DNA of 64,000 nucleotides from Camelus dromedarius (Eukaryota). Below, piece by piece: positions 14,235 through 27,089 of the stretch. The DNA is taken from positions 88,786,001 through 88,850,000 of the forward strand of contig NC_087437.1 of assembly GCF_036321535.1 (NCBI RefSeq), given 5' to 3'. Every line of letters starts with the position of its first letter. Within the stretch, counting starts at the first letter, position 1. A model generated the notes under the pieces. The model saw only the letters and a list, made by a program, of their open reading frames with translations. It was not told where the DNA came from and did not search any database. The position numbers and the translations under genes are program-made.

Positions 14235-14575
14235 AGCTGTTAGCTTTTGCTAGCTTGTGCTGAGATCGTAGCCCTCATTTCATTTCATACAACAGCAAAT
14301 GTTCGTTTCTCACTCAGGTTACATGCAGGCTGTGTGGGGACAGTGGCTCTGTGCCAGGCAACTTCTGCTTCCCTGGATCCTGGCTGAAGGACACGTGGTT
14401 CTTGCAGTAGGGGGAAAGCATGAGGAACAATCATGCATTGTTTCTTAAAGCTTTTACTCAGAAGCTGCACAGGTGCTTTTGCTCATATTTTGTTGGCTAA
14501 AGAAGTCACATGAAGAACCCTGATATCATAGGGAGAAGAGTGTAATCTCTTACAGGAAGGGACAGTAAATAAACG
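14235..14575 (-). mobile_element. Old MaLR LTR (MLT1J/K/L-like)
   Basis: GCTCATATTTTGTTGGCTAAAGAAGTCACATG..GTGTAATCTCTTACAGGAAGGGACAG motifs. Confidence 0.6.
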
Positions 14576-14579
14576 TGTA

Positions 14580-15142
14580 AATGCAATTAAACGTTCATCA
14601 GCACTATGACTCAGCAAGCCTGATTCTAGATACTTACCCAAGAGAAATGCAGACAGAGAGCCACACAGATCTGAATGCTAATGTTTACAGCAGCTTTATT
14701 CATGATCACCAAGAAAGGAAACCAAATAGGTATCAACTAGTGAATGGAAAAACACTGCGGTACGTCCATACACCAGAGTAGTATTCGGCAACAAAAAATC
14801 AGCAAACTGCTAATGATGCATGTAACAACATACATGACTATCAAAGGCATTATGCTAAGTGAAAGAAGCCAGATTTAAATGGTTATATACCATATTACTT
14901 CATGTATATGACATTCTGGAAAGGATAAAACTATGGAAAAAGAAAACAGACCAGTAGTTGGCAGAGACCGGTGGTGGGGGAGGGCATTAACTACAAGAGG
15001 GAATGAGGAAATTTTAGAGGGACATTGGGAGAATTCTATATTTTAACTCTGATGGTGGTTACATAACTGTATGGTTGTCAAAACTCATAAAACTATACCC
15101 CTAAAGGGAGAAATTTTATTGCATGCAAATTATGCCTCAATA
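14580..15142 (+). mobile_element. Ancient L1 3' end (L1MC/MD-type): ORF2 C-terminus + 3' UTR
   Basis: Degenerate YDSA..YPREM peptide; ATTATGCTAAGTGAAAGAAGCCAG; ends TGCAAATTATGCCTCAATA. Confidence 0.8.
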
Positions 15143-16582
15143 TATGTTAGTTAATAGGAGATTTTGTTTACCTCCATAAGTTACTTCATACTTAAATTAC
15201 TTAATACATAATTTAAAAAACTAATAGATACCTAAAAATATGTAATCAAATTAACAATGACAAAGCAAATGAAATATTCATTTATCTGTAGTTTTTTTGG
15301 AGGGACACAATAATCCCCAAATTTAGATATAGTTTCTGATAACTACAACTTAAATATTAAATTTTAAAATTAAGAAATTTAATTTTTAAAATTTTCCTTT
15401 TAAGGAAATAACCCTTAGCATATAATGCCTATCATGGAGCTTATGGCCTGTGCATTTTACGTGAGAAGTAGGCCCCAGTAAATAATTATAAAATGCTTTT
15501 GAGTCATTTCCATTCCCTAAGAAATACTGCATAATCTAAATAAGGAATGCTGCATTTTAATGGGCATAATATTTTAATTTGCTAGTTACACAAAACTGTG
15601 TTCTGGCAGTTTATAAATTATATGAACATGTGCAAATCCAGCTGACATGCATTATTCAAGAATGAATAATTGTCCAGAAAGATGAGCAGAGAAAAAAAGA
15701 ATGAATTATAATCTATCTTTCTCGCCCTCTCTCTCATTTCAAGATAGCAGAGTAAACACAGAAAAAGAGGGAAAGGATTACTTTGTTATTTCCACTAATG
15801 TTTCAGTAAATAGTAAAAAATAAGCTATAATAGTGTCGGGGGAAAATGGTTCAAATCTTCATTTCTGTCCGAAAGAGTCTTACATGATTTAAGCAATTCA
15901 GTTGAATCAAGATAAATTCCACATTAATTTTTAACTAAGTATTTTAAAGCAAAGCAAAACCAAATCACATTGATTGCTCATGGGTATTTTCTGGGAGGGG
16001 GAGGAGGTGGTGAAATTTATCAGGACTGTGATGATTAGACACTTATACTACAATGTATTGGACTCTCTCATGTGGTCTGATCTCCTAAGCATCTTTTTAC
16101 ATAAACAGCTTATTGTTAATCACAATTCTTGATCTCCTTTTGTGAACCCCAAGATAGCAGAGTAATGCTACAGCGCTGCATCTTTTGATTGCTAATGACT
16201 GTAGACAATCAGAGGGGATGCATTTTATGCTCTGTCTCCTCTATCTTGATTCTGTAATCCTGTGTAGAATTTTGGTGGGAAGAGTCTTGTTCTGTTTGAA
16301 ATTGGAATCTAAATTATATTCCCTATTGGTGCAGCATCGTGACCATGCAACATTCCCTAGGCATCTTTAATTCAGAGCATTGCCAGCTACTTCATGCCTG
16401 TGTGTGTGCGTTACAAAGGCACTGTGGCCTTTTTTCCCCACTTAAACTTCTTTAATCACAAACCCTTTGAAAACCAAAGGAGTTGATAATAAAGATATTC
16501 AGAGTATCAAAAAAATCTACTTTTATCCAAGTACTCAGTTATCCTCTCAGAAAAATTGATAGCAAAAGAAGATCAAATGTTT

Positions 16583-17098
16583 GCAAAGTGATTCAGCTAT
16601 ATATATATATATTCTTTTTTAGGTTCTTTTCCATTATAGGTTATTATAAGATATCCAGTATATTTCCCTGTGCTATACAGTAGGTCCTTGCTGTTTATAT
16701 ATTTTATATATAGTAATGTGTATTGGTTAATCTCAGATTCCTAATTTATCCCTCCCATCTCATTTCCACTTTGGCAACCATAAGTTTGTTTTCTAGGTCT
16801 GTGAGTCTGTTTGTGCTTTGTAAATAAGTTTATTTATATCATTTTGTTAGATTCCAAATATAAGTGATATCATATGATATTTGTCTGTCTCTATCTGATT
16901 TACTTCACTTAGTATGATCATCTCTAGGTCCAACTATGTTGCTGCAAATGGCATTATTTCATTCTTTTCTATGGCTGAGTAATATTCCATCGCATATTTA
17001 TACCACATCTTCTTTCCATTCATCTGTCAGTGGACACTTAGGTTGCTCTGTGTCTTGGCTATTATAAATAGTGCTGCTATTAACATTGAAGAGCATAT
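16583..17098 (-). mobile_element. L1 fragment (ORF2 C-terminus and most of 3' UTR)
   Basis: TTCCCTGTGCTATACAGTAGGTCC, TGTTGCTGCAAATGGCATTATTTCATTC, TTGGCTATTATAAATAGTGCTGC. Confidence 0.9.
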
Positions 17099-17170
17099 AA
17101 AAAAGATCACTGTTACTAAAAAGTGAGCAATGATATATATTTAAGTGTGTCCAGTCCTGTGTGGTTTATT

Positions 17171-17228
<58 letters not shown>
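17171..17228. repeat. Compound microsatellite (TG)11(TA)14(CA)4
   Basis: Read directly from the sequence. Confidence 0.95.
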
Positions 17229-17229
<1 letters not shown>

Positions 17230-18019
17230 TTCATTCTGCCCCTAAATTGGGGCAATAATAAGAGATTTATAATCCATCAGCATAGAAGTACCCTGAGAAT
17301 TTGTGGACAATCAATCTCATAGAGCAACCAAATAATGTTCCCTGGGAAGACAGGACTGATATGTGCAAGTCATTGCACTCAGTCACCTCAAACCTAAGTC
17401 AATAGCAGGCAAGGGAGGTATTTCCATCATGTAATGACTAGAGTGTGGGCTGAAGTTGGGTCTCCTGTCCAGCACAGCTCCTGGGCACTAGAATTCTGTT
17501 CCTTATAGGATCTCTGTTCCCACCTCCTTGCCCACAATAGGACCATGCTTAGAGACATTTGGCCTTTGGTTTCCACAAGCCTTTAACTTTTCCCAACCTT
17601 CCAGTTTCCTCAAGAATTTTTACCCACACCCTTTTACTCCCTCATAAGTAAACGTACAAATTGTTTTTCTGCTTCTTCTCTCATAATAGGACAATTGGAC
17701 TCTTGGAGAGGAGCACAGTTATCTGTTTGAACAGACCCTTATGTCCATTAGCAATTAAAGAAAATTATTTAGCCTTCCTTATGAATAGAGGGAACTTTCC
17801 CTCATGAAACCCAATGTTCATGCCTGGTTCAACTCCCAACAGGGTAACGGTGATGATTCATTTTGTCCTGGGAAGCATGACCCCCCCAAAAATCTCTTGA
17901 TTGAATGGCTCCTTCTAATGTAATGCAAACTAAACTTGAATTTTCATATCAAAAACACAAGTTGAAGCTTTATATATTGTTATAAATTAAAGAAGAAAGT
18001 CTTATTTCACTCAATGTCT

Positions 18020-18310
18020 ATTTATTTATTAATTTATTTATTTATTTACTTTTTTATTTTTATTTTTTGTTGAAGTATAGTCAGTTTACAATGTTGTGTC
18101 AATTTCTGGTGTGCAGCATAATGTTTCAGACATACATACACATACATACATTCATTTTCATATTCTTTTTCATTATAGGTCACTACAGGGTATTGAATAT
18201 AGTTCTCTGTGCTATACAGAAAAAAACTTGTTATTTATCTATTTTATATATAATAGTATCTGTAAATATTGAACTTCCAATTTATCCCTTCTCACCCTCT
18301 TTCCTCCCTA
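18020..18310 (-). mobile_element. 5'-truncated young L1 3' UTR with (TTTA)n tail
   Basis: TTGAAGTATAGTCAGTTTACAATGTTGTGTCAATTTCTGGTG; similar to the + strand copies at 21610 and 23447. Confidence 0.88.
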
Positions 18311-19084
18311 CCCTTTTAAATTATTGTTTCATTCTGCTTTCTTTTTTTTTTCTCCTTCTTCTTTTCCCCTCCTGTTCCACATTTACATCAAGTATGTTCC
18401 ATAAAGCAGTTCAGAAAAATTATTAAGATCCCAGGTCAAAAGGAAAAAAAATTAAATTAAAGAAAAGGATCTACTGATTTCTCTTTCCTCCAAAAAGATG
18501 AAAGACTTTAGAGTTTTTCCAAAGGTAGCTATAAAATGCCCAAATACCAAGGCACAAAGGCAGTAAACCATAGCTGAAAGAATACTGGAATGGAAATATT
18601 TTACTATTTTTATGACTTGATCAAGGTTTTCAATATTTTTCAGGCCTCAACTCCTTTATCTGAAAATAAAATAACTATACTAGATTTTGCAATTGTAGCA
18701 ATCTATGAACTTACCCCATCCCCAGCTTTTTCATACCCTTAAGAATTATAACAGTTTGATGATGTGTAAAAATCACTTCTATTTATTGACTCCAGAGAGC
18801 AAAAATGTTGCACTAATGAGATTCAAACCTTCTTCTTTTACTCAGCCAACTACACACGTTTGCACTTGGATAAAATTCTGTGAGGTCAGATAATCCCATA
18901 CCAGGTATTTCTCAGTAATGATAGAACAAGGAATAACACACACACGCACACACACAGAGAAATGTACTTGCTTGCATTTAGGTGCAGGGTACCGTGGTGG
19001 CCACTGGCCTCCTGCTTTCTTCTTTTCCCCTATCGTCTGCTCTTTTCCTATCTGTTCTCATCAAGGTGTGGATGGTGTAGATAG

Positions 19085-19340
19085 ACAAGGTATTGGTACT
19101 GCAGTGGTATGCACATGTTAAGAGAGAACAAGATGGGACTCTAACCTTGACATTTCAGCTACCAGCTATGGGTGGAGGAGACCTCAGAGGCATCACGCTT
19201 TGGCACCTCTGAAATCATTCAATGATGGTTCCGCTGGCAGAAAATTCAGTGTGTTGAAGAAGACTCTTGGACAAAACAAGAGCAGAATGGTGTCCAAAGA
19301 TGGCATGCACAGGTCCCAGGGAAATATAAGCAGAAAGAAT
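19085..19340 (+). mobile_element. Ancient RTE-clade LINE 3' relic (MamRTE1-like)
   Basis: Frame reading VLQWYAHVKREQD resembles the RTE ORF2 C-terminal W-Y/F-G-H-V-x-R motif; GACCTCAGAGGCATCAC..GGCACCTCTGAAATCAT..AAGATGGCATG resembles recalled consensus. Confidence 0.55.
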
Positions 19341-20886
19341 ATACTTGTATAAAACGTGGAGGAAAAATCAATCTGTCAAGACGTTCATTACGGGGTTATT
19401 TGCTAACCAACCAAAAAATGAAAACAGCGAAAATAGTAACCGCATAAAAGTTGTTTACATCCTTAGCTATTCAGGTAAGAAATTTCAGTCCGTAAAAATG
19501 ATGGTTATAAAAACCAAAGAGTAAGATGAGAAAATGTTTGTATGTTTATAAAGTAGTTTTCAAAATTTGATATATACTACCTAAAAAGCCGTCTCTAGAA
19601 TGGGACAGCAGAAATAGTTGTCAGTTTCATTTTGTGCATCACTGTATCCCAGGCATCTTAAACAGTGTCTGGTGCATAGTAAGTAGGTGTTCAATAAATA
19701 TGTGTTGTGTGACTTTATTGATGGATCATTTAAAATAAATATTTGATGATCATCCAATAATACACAAATAACGTGACAATGGATCTACGTTTGTGTGTGG
19801 AATTATGGGTACCTTTTTTTCCTGAGTTTCCAAACTTTTTCCTCCCTTCTCTCACCTAGCTCTCCATATATATCCTGTTGATACACAGTAATACGTATTT
19901 TTCAGTCTTCTTCTACCCAGTACGTGTCAATTTATGTTTACAATCTAGACAAAAGAGATAATTCCATGAAGAGGGAAATTAGAAATTTTAAAAAACAGAT
20001 CACAGTTTTTTTGAAAAACAAAAATCAAGGCATAGCGTGGTATGTACTTTGTGTAGCAACAGTCCTGTCTACACCCAGGGACAGCTACATAGCACAGAAA
20101 TGACTTCTCTCTGTTTCAGTCATGAGCTAGTTTTTCCATTGTACATTTATTCCACAGTTAATAAAACAGAGCAATTCCACTTGTTTTTAATGTTCTGCCA
20201 ATGAACATACTGCTAAGAACAATAAGTATGAAATAAATTTTCATTTTTTTAGAGAGAGAATTAGCCTTTTACCATGAAGTCTGGCCAAGTCAGGCAAATT
20301 AAACCTCGACAGTAAAGCTTCAATTAGACATGTTATAGCACAGACTTACACGAAGTCTGTGAGCAGATTGCAGTTACAAAAATCAACAGATATATAACAA
20401 TATGCATTAGCCTCTGATTTTAGTTGGGTTTTAGTAGCATGTGAGTCCTGGGACAAACTGTGCTGTGCTCAAACTCAAAACTGCAACCTGGTATGTAGCT
20501 TGATGCATATAATTGCAGATGCTTCTTTTCTGTTTTCAAAGTTATTTTTCCGTTCATTCACTCAACTCATTTCAAGAAATACATATTTAAGCTCCACCAT
20601 TTGCTAGCTGTACGATCTTACATGAGTTGCTAAACTCTTTTGGCTTCAGTTTCCTCAGATGCAAAATGCAGGGAATATTTGTTAACTACCTTAAAGTAGT
20701 TGCTAGAATTAAGTATGTTAACACACACAGTGTTTAAACAGTCCTGGAATATGATAAGATTGGCCTCAATAAGTGTTATCGCCTTTTACTGTGCCCCAGG
20801 CACTGTGCTAGGAATTAAAAACAGTGATGAAAAAGATGGGTTTAGTTTTGGTTCATGGCACCTTGTAATCTAGTGGGTATCCTTAC

Positions 20887-21382
20887 TGCAGGACAATTCT
20901 CTCTGGACCACTAGTGTTCCTGCATGGCTTGTGAGCAGAAGCAGTGACAGCTCTTTGTCCTGATGATCTTTTCAGAGTTGTTTACATAGAGAACAACCTT
21001 GGAAGATAGAGATAGTGTCTCCCTCCAGAGCAGAGGACTTTTTGTTTGGTAGCCATTAAAAAAAAAAATGATGCCTCTTTCTGGGACAAAGCATGGTCAG
21101 GCTTGCTTGCTGCCAATTCTGAAAGACTGCTGTTTCCGGAATTTGAGATTCCTTTTCTGTAATGCCACCCAGTGCATGTGCTTGTGTTCCCTAGAACCCG
21201 TCATTCCTCCTTGTAGAAAATGGGACTCAGGCCATCAGTACAAATGCTAATATTTTGGCTACAGCCATTACTGTGAATAATAAATATATTTTGTTTCTGA
21301 TCCAAGAGTCTTTTACCTTCTGCTAGCATCCAAGTTAACTTGTCAGTTGGATAAAATCTCAGATTCTTCCCAATTCCTGACA
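20887..21382 (+). mobile_element. ERV solo LTR (probably ERV1 class, MER90-like)
   Basis: About 500 bp bounded by TG..CA, internal AATAAA near 21279, ends TAAAATCTCAGATTCTTCCCAATTCCTGACA; follows an L2 fragment. Confidence 0.6.
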
Positions 21383-21609
21383 ATCATTAGGTGAATTATC
21401 AGAAGTATAAAACATATCTCTATGAACACACAAAATGCACACAGACATGCATATTCTGGTGTATGTAGAAAAAAATAAGGATGGCTAAGTGTCACAGGAA
21501 CATTGTACAGTAAGATGTGGTTGGTGGCAATCTTCTATTAATTTATTGAATTGGCACTAAAAACAGACTTGGAAGCAAACACAAGAATCATCTAATCAAA
21601 ACTATTACA

Positions 21610-22119
21610 AATGACTGGATAAAGAAGCTGTGGTATATTTATACAATGGAATACTACTCAGCCATAAAAAGAATAAAATAATGCCATTTGTAGCAACATG
21701 GATGGACCGGGAGATCGCCATTCTAACTAAAGCCAGAAAGAGAAAAAAAAAAATACTATATGATATCATTCTTATGTTGAATCTAAAAAAAGAGAAAAAA
21801 AAAAGACACTAATGAACTTATCTACAAAACAGAACAGACTCACAGACATAGTAAACAATCTTATGGTTACCAAGGGAGAGGAGGTGGAAGGGATAAATTG
21901 GGAGTCTGAGATTTGCAGATACTAACTACTATATATAAAACAGGTAAACAAAAAGTTGCTTCTGTATAGCACAGGGAACTATAATCAATATCTTGTAGTA
22001 AACTATAATGAAAAAGAGTAAGAAAACAAATATATGGATGTATATGTATGACTGGGACATTATGCTGTACATCAGGAATTGATACATTGTAATTGACAAT
22101 ACTTCAATTAAAAAAAAAA
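21610..22119 (+). mobile_element. 5'-truncated L1 (ORF2 C-terminus, 3' UTR, poly-A)
   Basis: GACTGGATAAAGAAGCTGTGGTAT..ATGCCATTTGTAGCAACATGGATG..ACTTCAATTAAAAAAAAAA. Confidence 0.92.
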
Positions 22120-23446
22120 CTACTAGCTAATGCTGAGAGGTCATGCTGATTTTGCTTTTCCTCCTGCTTTTCCTCCAGTGCATTGTAGAATAACTGGAAC
22201 ATATTATGTGCTCATTGGATATATAGTTTAATAAGTGCATAAATAACTTATGAATACATTAATTAATAAATGTGTTTTGTTTACTGCTTGACAATTTCCA
22301 TAATAGGATCTGTACTTCTGCCTGGAAATCCAGTCCATTGCTGAACTTCTTTCTTTGGAAGTTCTTTCTTAAGTATTAGCCAAGCTAGAATACATTGTGA
22401 TGACATAAAAATCACAAAATATTAGTGAATGGCATTATACAATAAAAAGTTTATTTCTCTCTCACACCACCATTCAATATGGGTTAGGAATCTTACCTTC
22501 CTTGTGGCTTTCTCTTTCAAGTGATGTCTCAGGAATCGGGGCTCATATGTAATGTTCTATCCAGGAGTAAAACAAAAATGCCAGTGTTGTCACTGACATA
22601 CTTAATTTGAACTAAAATTTGATTTTTTAAACTTAATTCATTGATTTCAATTTTTCCTTTTGAGCAAAACATAACAATAATAATAACAACAACAACAGAA
22701 GTTTGCTGTTTTCCATGTGATATGATAGACATTGAAATTTTTATTTCCCGTTGATCTCTACTTTCTAGCCTAAATAATCATAATTCCCATAATCAGACCT
22801 CACATGAAGTCATTCTCAGAAAGGCTTACCATTTTGGCTGTTTTCCTATGGACATCCCTTAGGTTGTCAATAACATTTAAAGCTATCACTGAGAACTGAA
22901 TATATTGAATATATATTCAGATATTGTCAGACCAACAGATTAGAGAGAGCCTAATTTCCCATGATTTAAACTCTAGAAAGGCCAATGTGTCTAGTCTTTC
23001 ACATTATCTCCTGAGAATTATGGGACACCAGGAAGGACAGTATTTTTAAGTATTGACGAATGCTGGCCTGCCTTGTTCCATTTCATCTTGTCACCTCTCC
23101 CCCATTCAGGTCACTAGACTTCAGGCAGACATTGCATCCAGTAGAGTGGCAGCTATGGAGACTAGACAACAGAGGTGTCAAAGTCTTCACTTTAAAGCTT
23201 TGAAAAAAGCCACACAAGAATACTAGAAGATCAAGTTTTTCCTGCCTTTGATGAGATAAGAAGTCCTGGGCTAGGAGAAACAGGGACCTGTGGTAGGAGA
23301 AGCCAGCACATGAGACACTGGTGAAGACATATGAGAGTGGGTTTCGGTGCTCCGTCCACTCCCCTCCCACCCTCACCTTTAAAGTCAGTTCCCAAAAAGG
23401 AAGGAGGAACAGAAGAAGGCAGGCCTAAGTGGAATTTGAAAAGACA

Positions 23447-23885
23447 AAATCTAAAAAAAAAAAAAAAATGCAGGTGAACTTATCTACAAAACAGAAACAG
23501 ACTCACAGACATAAAGAACAAACTTATGATTACCAGGAGGGAAAAGGGGAGTGGGAAGGGATAAATTGGGAGTTCAGGATTTGCAGATACTAACTACTGT
23601 ATATAAAATAGATAAACAACAAGTTTATACTGTATAGCACAGGGAACTATATTCAACATCTTGTATAACCTATAATGAGAAAGAATATGAAAAGGAATAT
23701 ATGTATGTTTATGTACGACTGAAATGTTATGCTGTACACCAGATATTGACACAACATTGTAAACTGACTATACGTCAATAAAAAGAAAGAAAGACAGGAA
23801 GGAAGTAAGGAATAAAGGGAAGACAGGAAGGAAGGAAGGAAGAAACAAAGAAAGAAAGAAATGAAGAAAGGAAGAAAAAGAAAAG
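23447..23885 (+). mobile_element. L1 3' UTR with tail decayed into (GGAA)n/(GAAA)n
   Basis: GAACTTATCTACAAAACAGAAACAGACTCACAGACAT..GACTATACGTCAATAAAA then a purine-rich tail. Confidence 0.9.
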
Positions 23886-24684
23886 CTAGAATACCCAGGC
23901 GTCTGCCATCTCTCTGGCATGCTGAGAGAGGAAACGGCCTTCCAAGAATGCTGCCACAGCATGGGAAGTGGGTAGAGATGGCTAGGTTGGGTGTCAGGAC
24001 TGAGAACGCCAGGCAACTACGGGCCCTCCTCCATGGCGTAGTGCCACAAATGCACCACTCCCTAGCCCCCTCCCTCCAAAGCCCCCCACCAAAGAGCTTA
24101 ATATCATTTCAGGTAGGATTAGAAGGGAACAATCTGAAATGTCAAATTTAACCTGAAATCATTGAGTGTATCCAGAAAAAGTTGTAAAAAAAATCCTGAA
24201 GTGACTGGGTTTACTTGCACCTGACTAAGATTAACTTCTGTCTCCAGAAGGACTGAAATTTATCATTGGAAATACATTGTGTCTTAGAAGAATATGGCCA
24301 AATTCTTGCATTTCTATGGGCCCAACTTTAAAATGTTTTGACAACTATAGATGGCTTATTGTGAATGGACAAGTACTGGATTTGGATTTAGAAGACCTAG
24401 GTTTAAGTTATCTTCTCTGTATGTTTGGCCCCATGAGAATTTCTCTCCTTCCAACAGTTTTATCATGAAAAAAAAAAACATATTCTGACTTTCGCATAGG
24501 CAGAATGAGGATATTCAACAAAGTAAATGCCTGAGACATGATTTTGTAACATAGAAGTTGCCATGAATATATTATATCACCATTTGTCTGTTTCTACCCG
24601 GTGACTGTGGTCTTAAGATTCGGCAAGATTTAACATATGTGATTTGATGTTACATTTTGATATTGGGTGTAGAGAGACATTCTA

Positions 24685-24840
24685 GTTCAGCATGCAGAGG
24701 AATCACCTGGAAGATTTTATCACAATGCAGTTTCAGATTCAGGAGGTTTGGGCTGGGGCCTCAGCTTTTCTACTTCTAACAAGCTCCCAGATGATACTGA
24801 TCCTACTGGACCATGGACCACATCTCGAGGAGCAGTGCTC
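24685..24840. mobile_element. MER5-type hAT-Charlie element
   Basis: GAATCACCTGG..TCTAACAAGCTCCCAGATGATACTGAT..GGACCACA motifs. Confidence 0.7.
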
Positions 24841-25509
24841 TAGTTAATGGCTAATTTTTGCACATTTTCTGAGCTGGAAGAAGCATTTACTATTCAATAT
24901 TGCATCTCACATCACCCAAGAATAACTTTATCTCTCCCATCTGTTCATATCAAGTTTCTCATACTTGTAGCATATCTGAAGTTGATTATGTCATGACCCG
25001 ATTATCAAATGCTCTGAAATTACTTGTAGATTTAAAAAAAAACATTTGTGATTATCCATAAAGAACATGGTGTGCTTCCAGGGAAAGTATAAACAAACAG
25101 TTCAGTCCTTGAGAATTTATGAGATTGAATCCCACAAAATTGGCAGCAGATATACCATTATTTCAGTTATTCACTTTTAAGAAAGAATACAACTTATATT
25201 TGGATACTATAAGTAAGGAAACTGGACAAGTATTAAGGCAATAGAGGTCCTGTTTTATTTTCATTGCTTTGTCCCATTAGGAAGGTGGTTTATATGGAGG
25301 ACAGGTTGTTGTCGCTCAGGCATTTGTCCCTCTGGTGAAGACCACTGCTGTCTAGAGTACAGAACATCATTGGTATCATTAGAGGGGAATGTTGTCTGTT
25401 CAGCTATTAAGAAAAAGTTACAGACAAGAATCAGTGTCTTCCTATGATAGAATGGGTAGAACTATTCAGAACTGCCAAAATTACATGTCAACTTTCTCCA
25501 TCACACCTT

Positions 25510-25722
25510 TGAGACAGATTGCCTGGACGAATAACATTGAGCACATCATTTAACCACTTGGTGCTTTGATTTCTTAATCTGCATAATGGAGGTGATTATT
25601 GTGCTTACCTCCTCAGGCTGTTGGGAGGATTAAATGAGTTGTATATGTAAAAAGCTTAAGACCTGCCAGACACAAAGCAGGCACTATATAAAGGTTAACT
25701 CTGATTATTATTACTATTATTA
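25510..25722 (+). mobile_element. MIR SINE
   Basis: GCTGTTGGGAGGATTAAATGAGTT..GTAAAAAGCTTAAG core and tail. Confidence 0.75.
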
Positions 25723-27089
25723 CTGTTTCTTAGTTCCCTTATCCTGATAAAATTTCTGTTATTATTAGACAATTTCAGGAAACCTATACCTAATTATACC
25801 ACCAGGATGGACTTGATTTTGTAATCTCTCTGGACACCATCATACGAAGGATGAGCTACTATAATTTATAGTTACTGGAGATGATATATATCTTCTGAAA
25901 TCCCAATGGATTTTGTATTTTTCAGTTGTACTACAGTATGCAATACTAAAGAGACTTATGTTAAAATCCTTAGAAAGTAAAAAAAGTATTATTAAAAGTA
26001 TTACTCATCATAGCCAATAATTTGACATTATTCTACAAAAATATGAAAATTAGGTTAAAAATTATAAAAGGTATATTTTCTGTCTAACGTTCACATAAAA
26101 AAATCCTTAGAATCTGTGTTTCTATTTGGTGTTTAAAGAGACCAAAGCAAGAAAATTTACAGAACGACAATCCACGACATTCACTTAACACATAGAGTCA
26201 TTCAATTCAAATTAACCTAAGCAGAGTTGCACTGTACCTACTTTTGGTGCTGTGTGAAGCACCAAAGAAATACTTAACTCTGCCTCTTCCCTCATGGAAT
26301 TAATTTTTTTAATCTTTTCATGAGGAAGGCAATTATGATAATTGAAATGATCAGGGCAAAATGAAGAAGAAGAAGAAGAAGTGCATGCAATCAAGTCACC
26401 AAATATAAGGTGCAGGCCATATAAATTATAATGGTTATAAATGAAGTCAATTTTCAAATGTTAAGATGTACTTCCTAGAAGTGCTACTTACAATGCGCCA
26501 TGGAAGTAAGTGGGATTTTGAATATACTCCAGGCATCTATGGCCACAGGGACAATAATGTTAAGACATCCTCCCTGATGCCCTAGGTGTACAAGAAGAAT
26601 GAAGTGGGCAGCTGGGATGCAGCTAAATTACTTTTAGGACTTGAAGATGTCTATATACATTTGGATGCACGGAATAAACACAATGTGTGAGAATCTGGCA
26701 AAAAGCAAATAACTAAACAGAAGAGTAATTTTTTGTTTCTTAAAAGTCATTGGCCTTTAACGTGGTCCAAGACGTTTTCCTTAGATACAAAGGCTCTTTT
26801 TTGCTTAGTAGACATAAATTACCTATAGACATCATGATTTGCTCTCAGTGTCCCAGTGAGAGTGCAGCCTGTAGTGTCCCCTTGTGCCCGGTGATGATGG
26901 GAAGTCGTAGGGGACAGTGTTTCTTCCCTGCCTTCTCTCTTCTGAATGACAGCAACGTGGGCCCTTGGCTTCATTTATTCTAAAATATTTAAATCAAATC
27001 ATAAAACTAATGTATTAAAAATGAGAAATAAATTCAAACCAGATTATGCTGGCTGCTGTGATGTATTAATCCAATTGGTCTTTGTCTGT

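Noticed and set aside
23040..24270. Possible ancient Gypsy-type LTR interrupted by the L1 at 23447
   Set aside because: Only a vague resemblance; termini and family cannot be supported without a profile search
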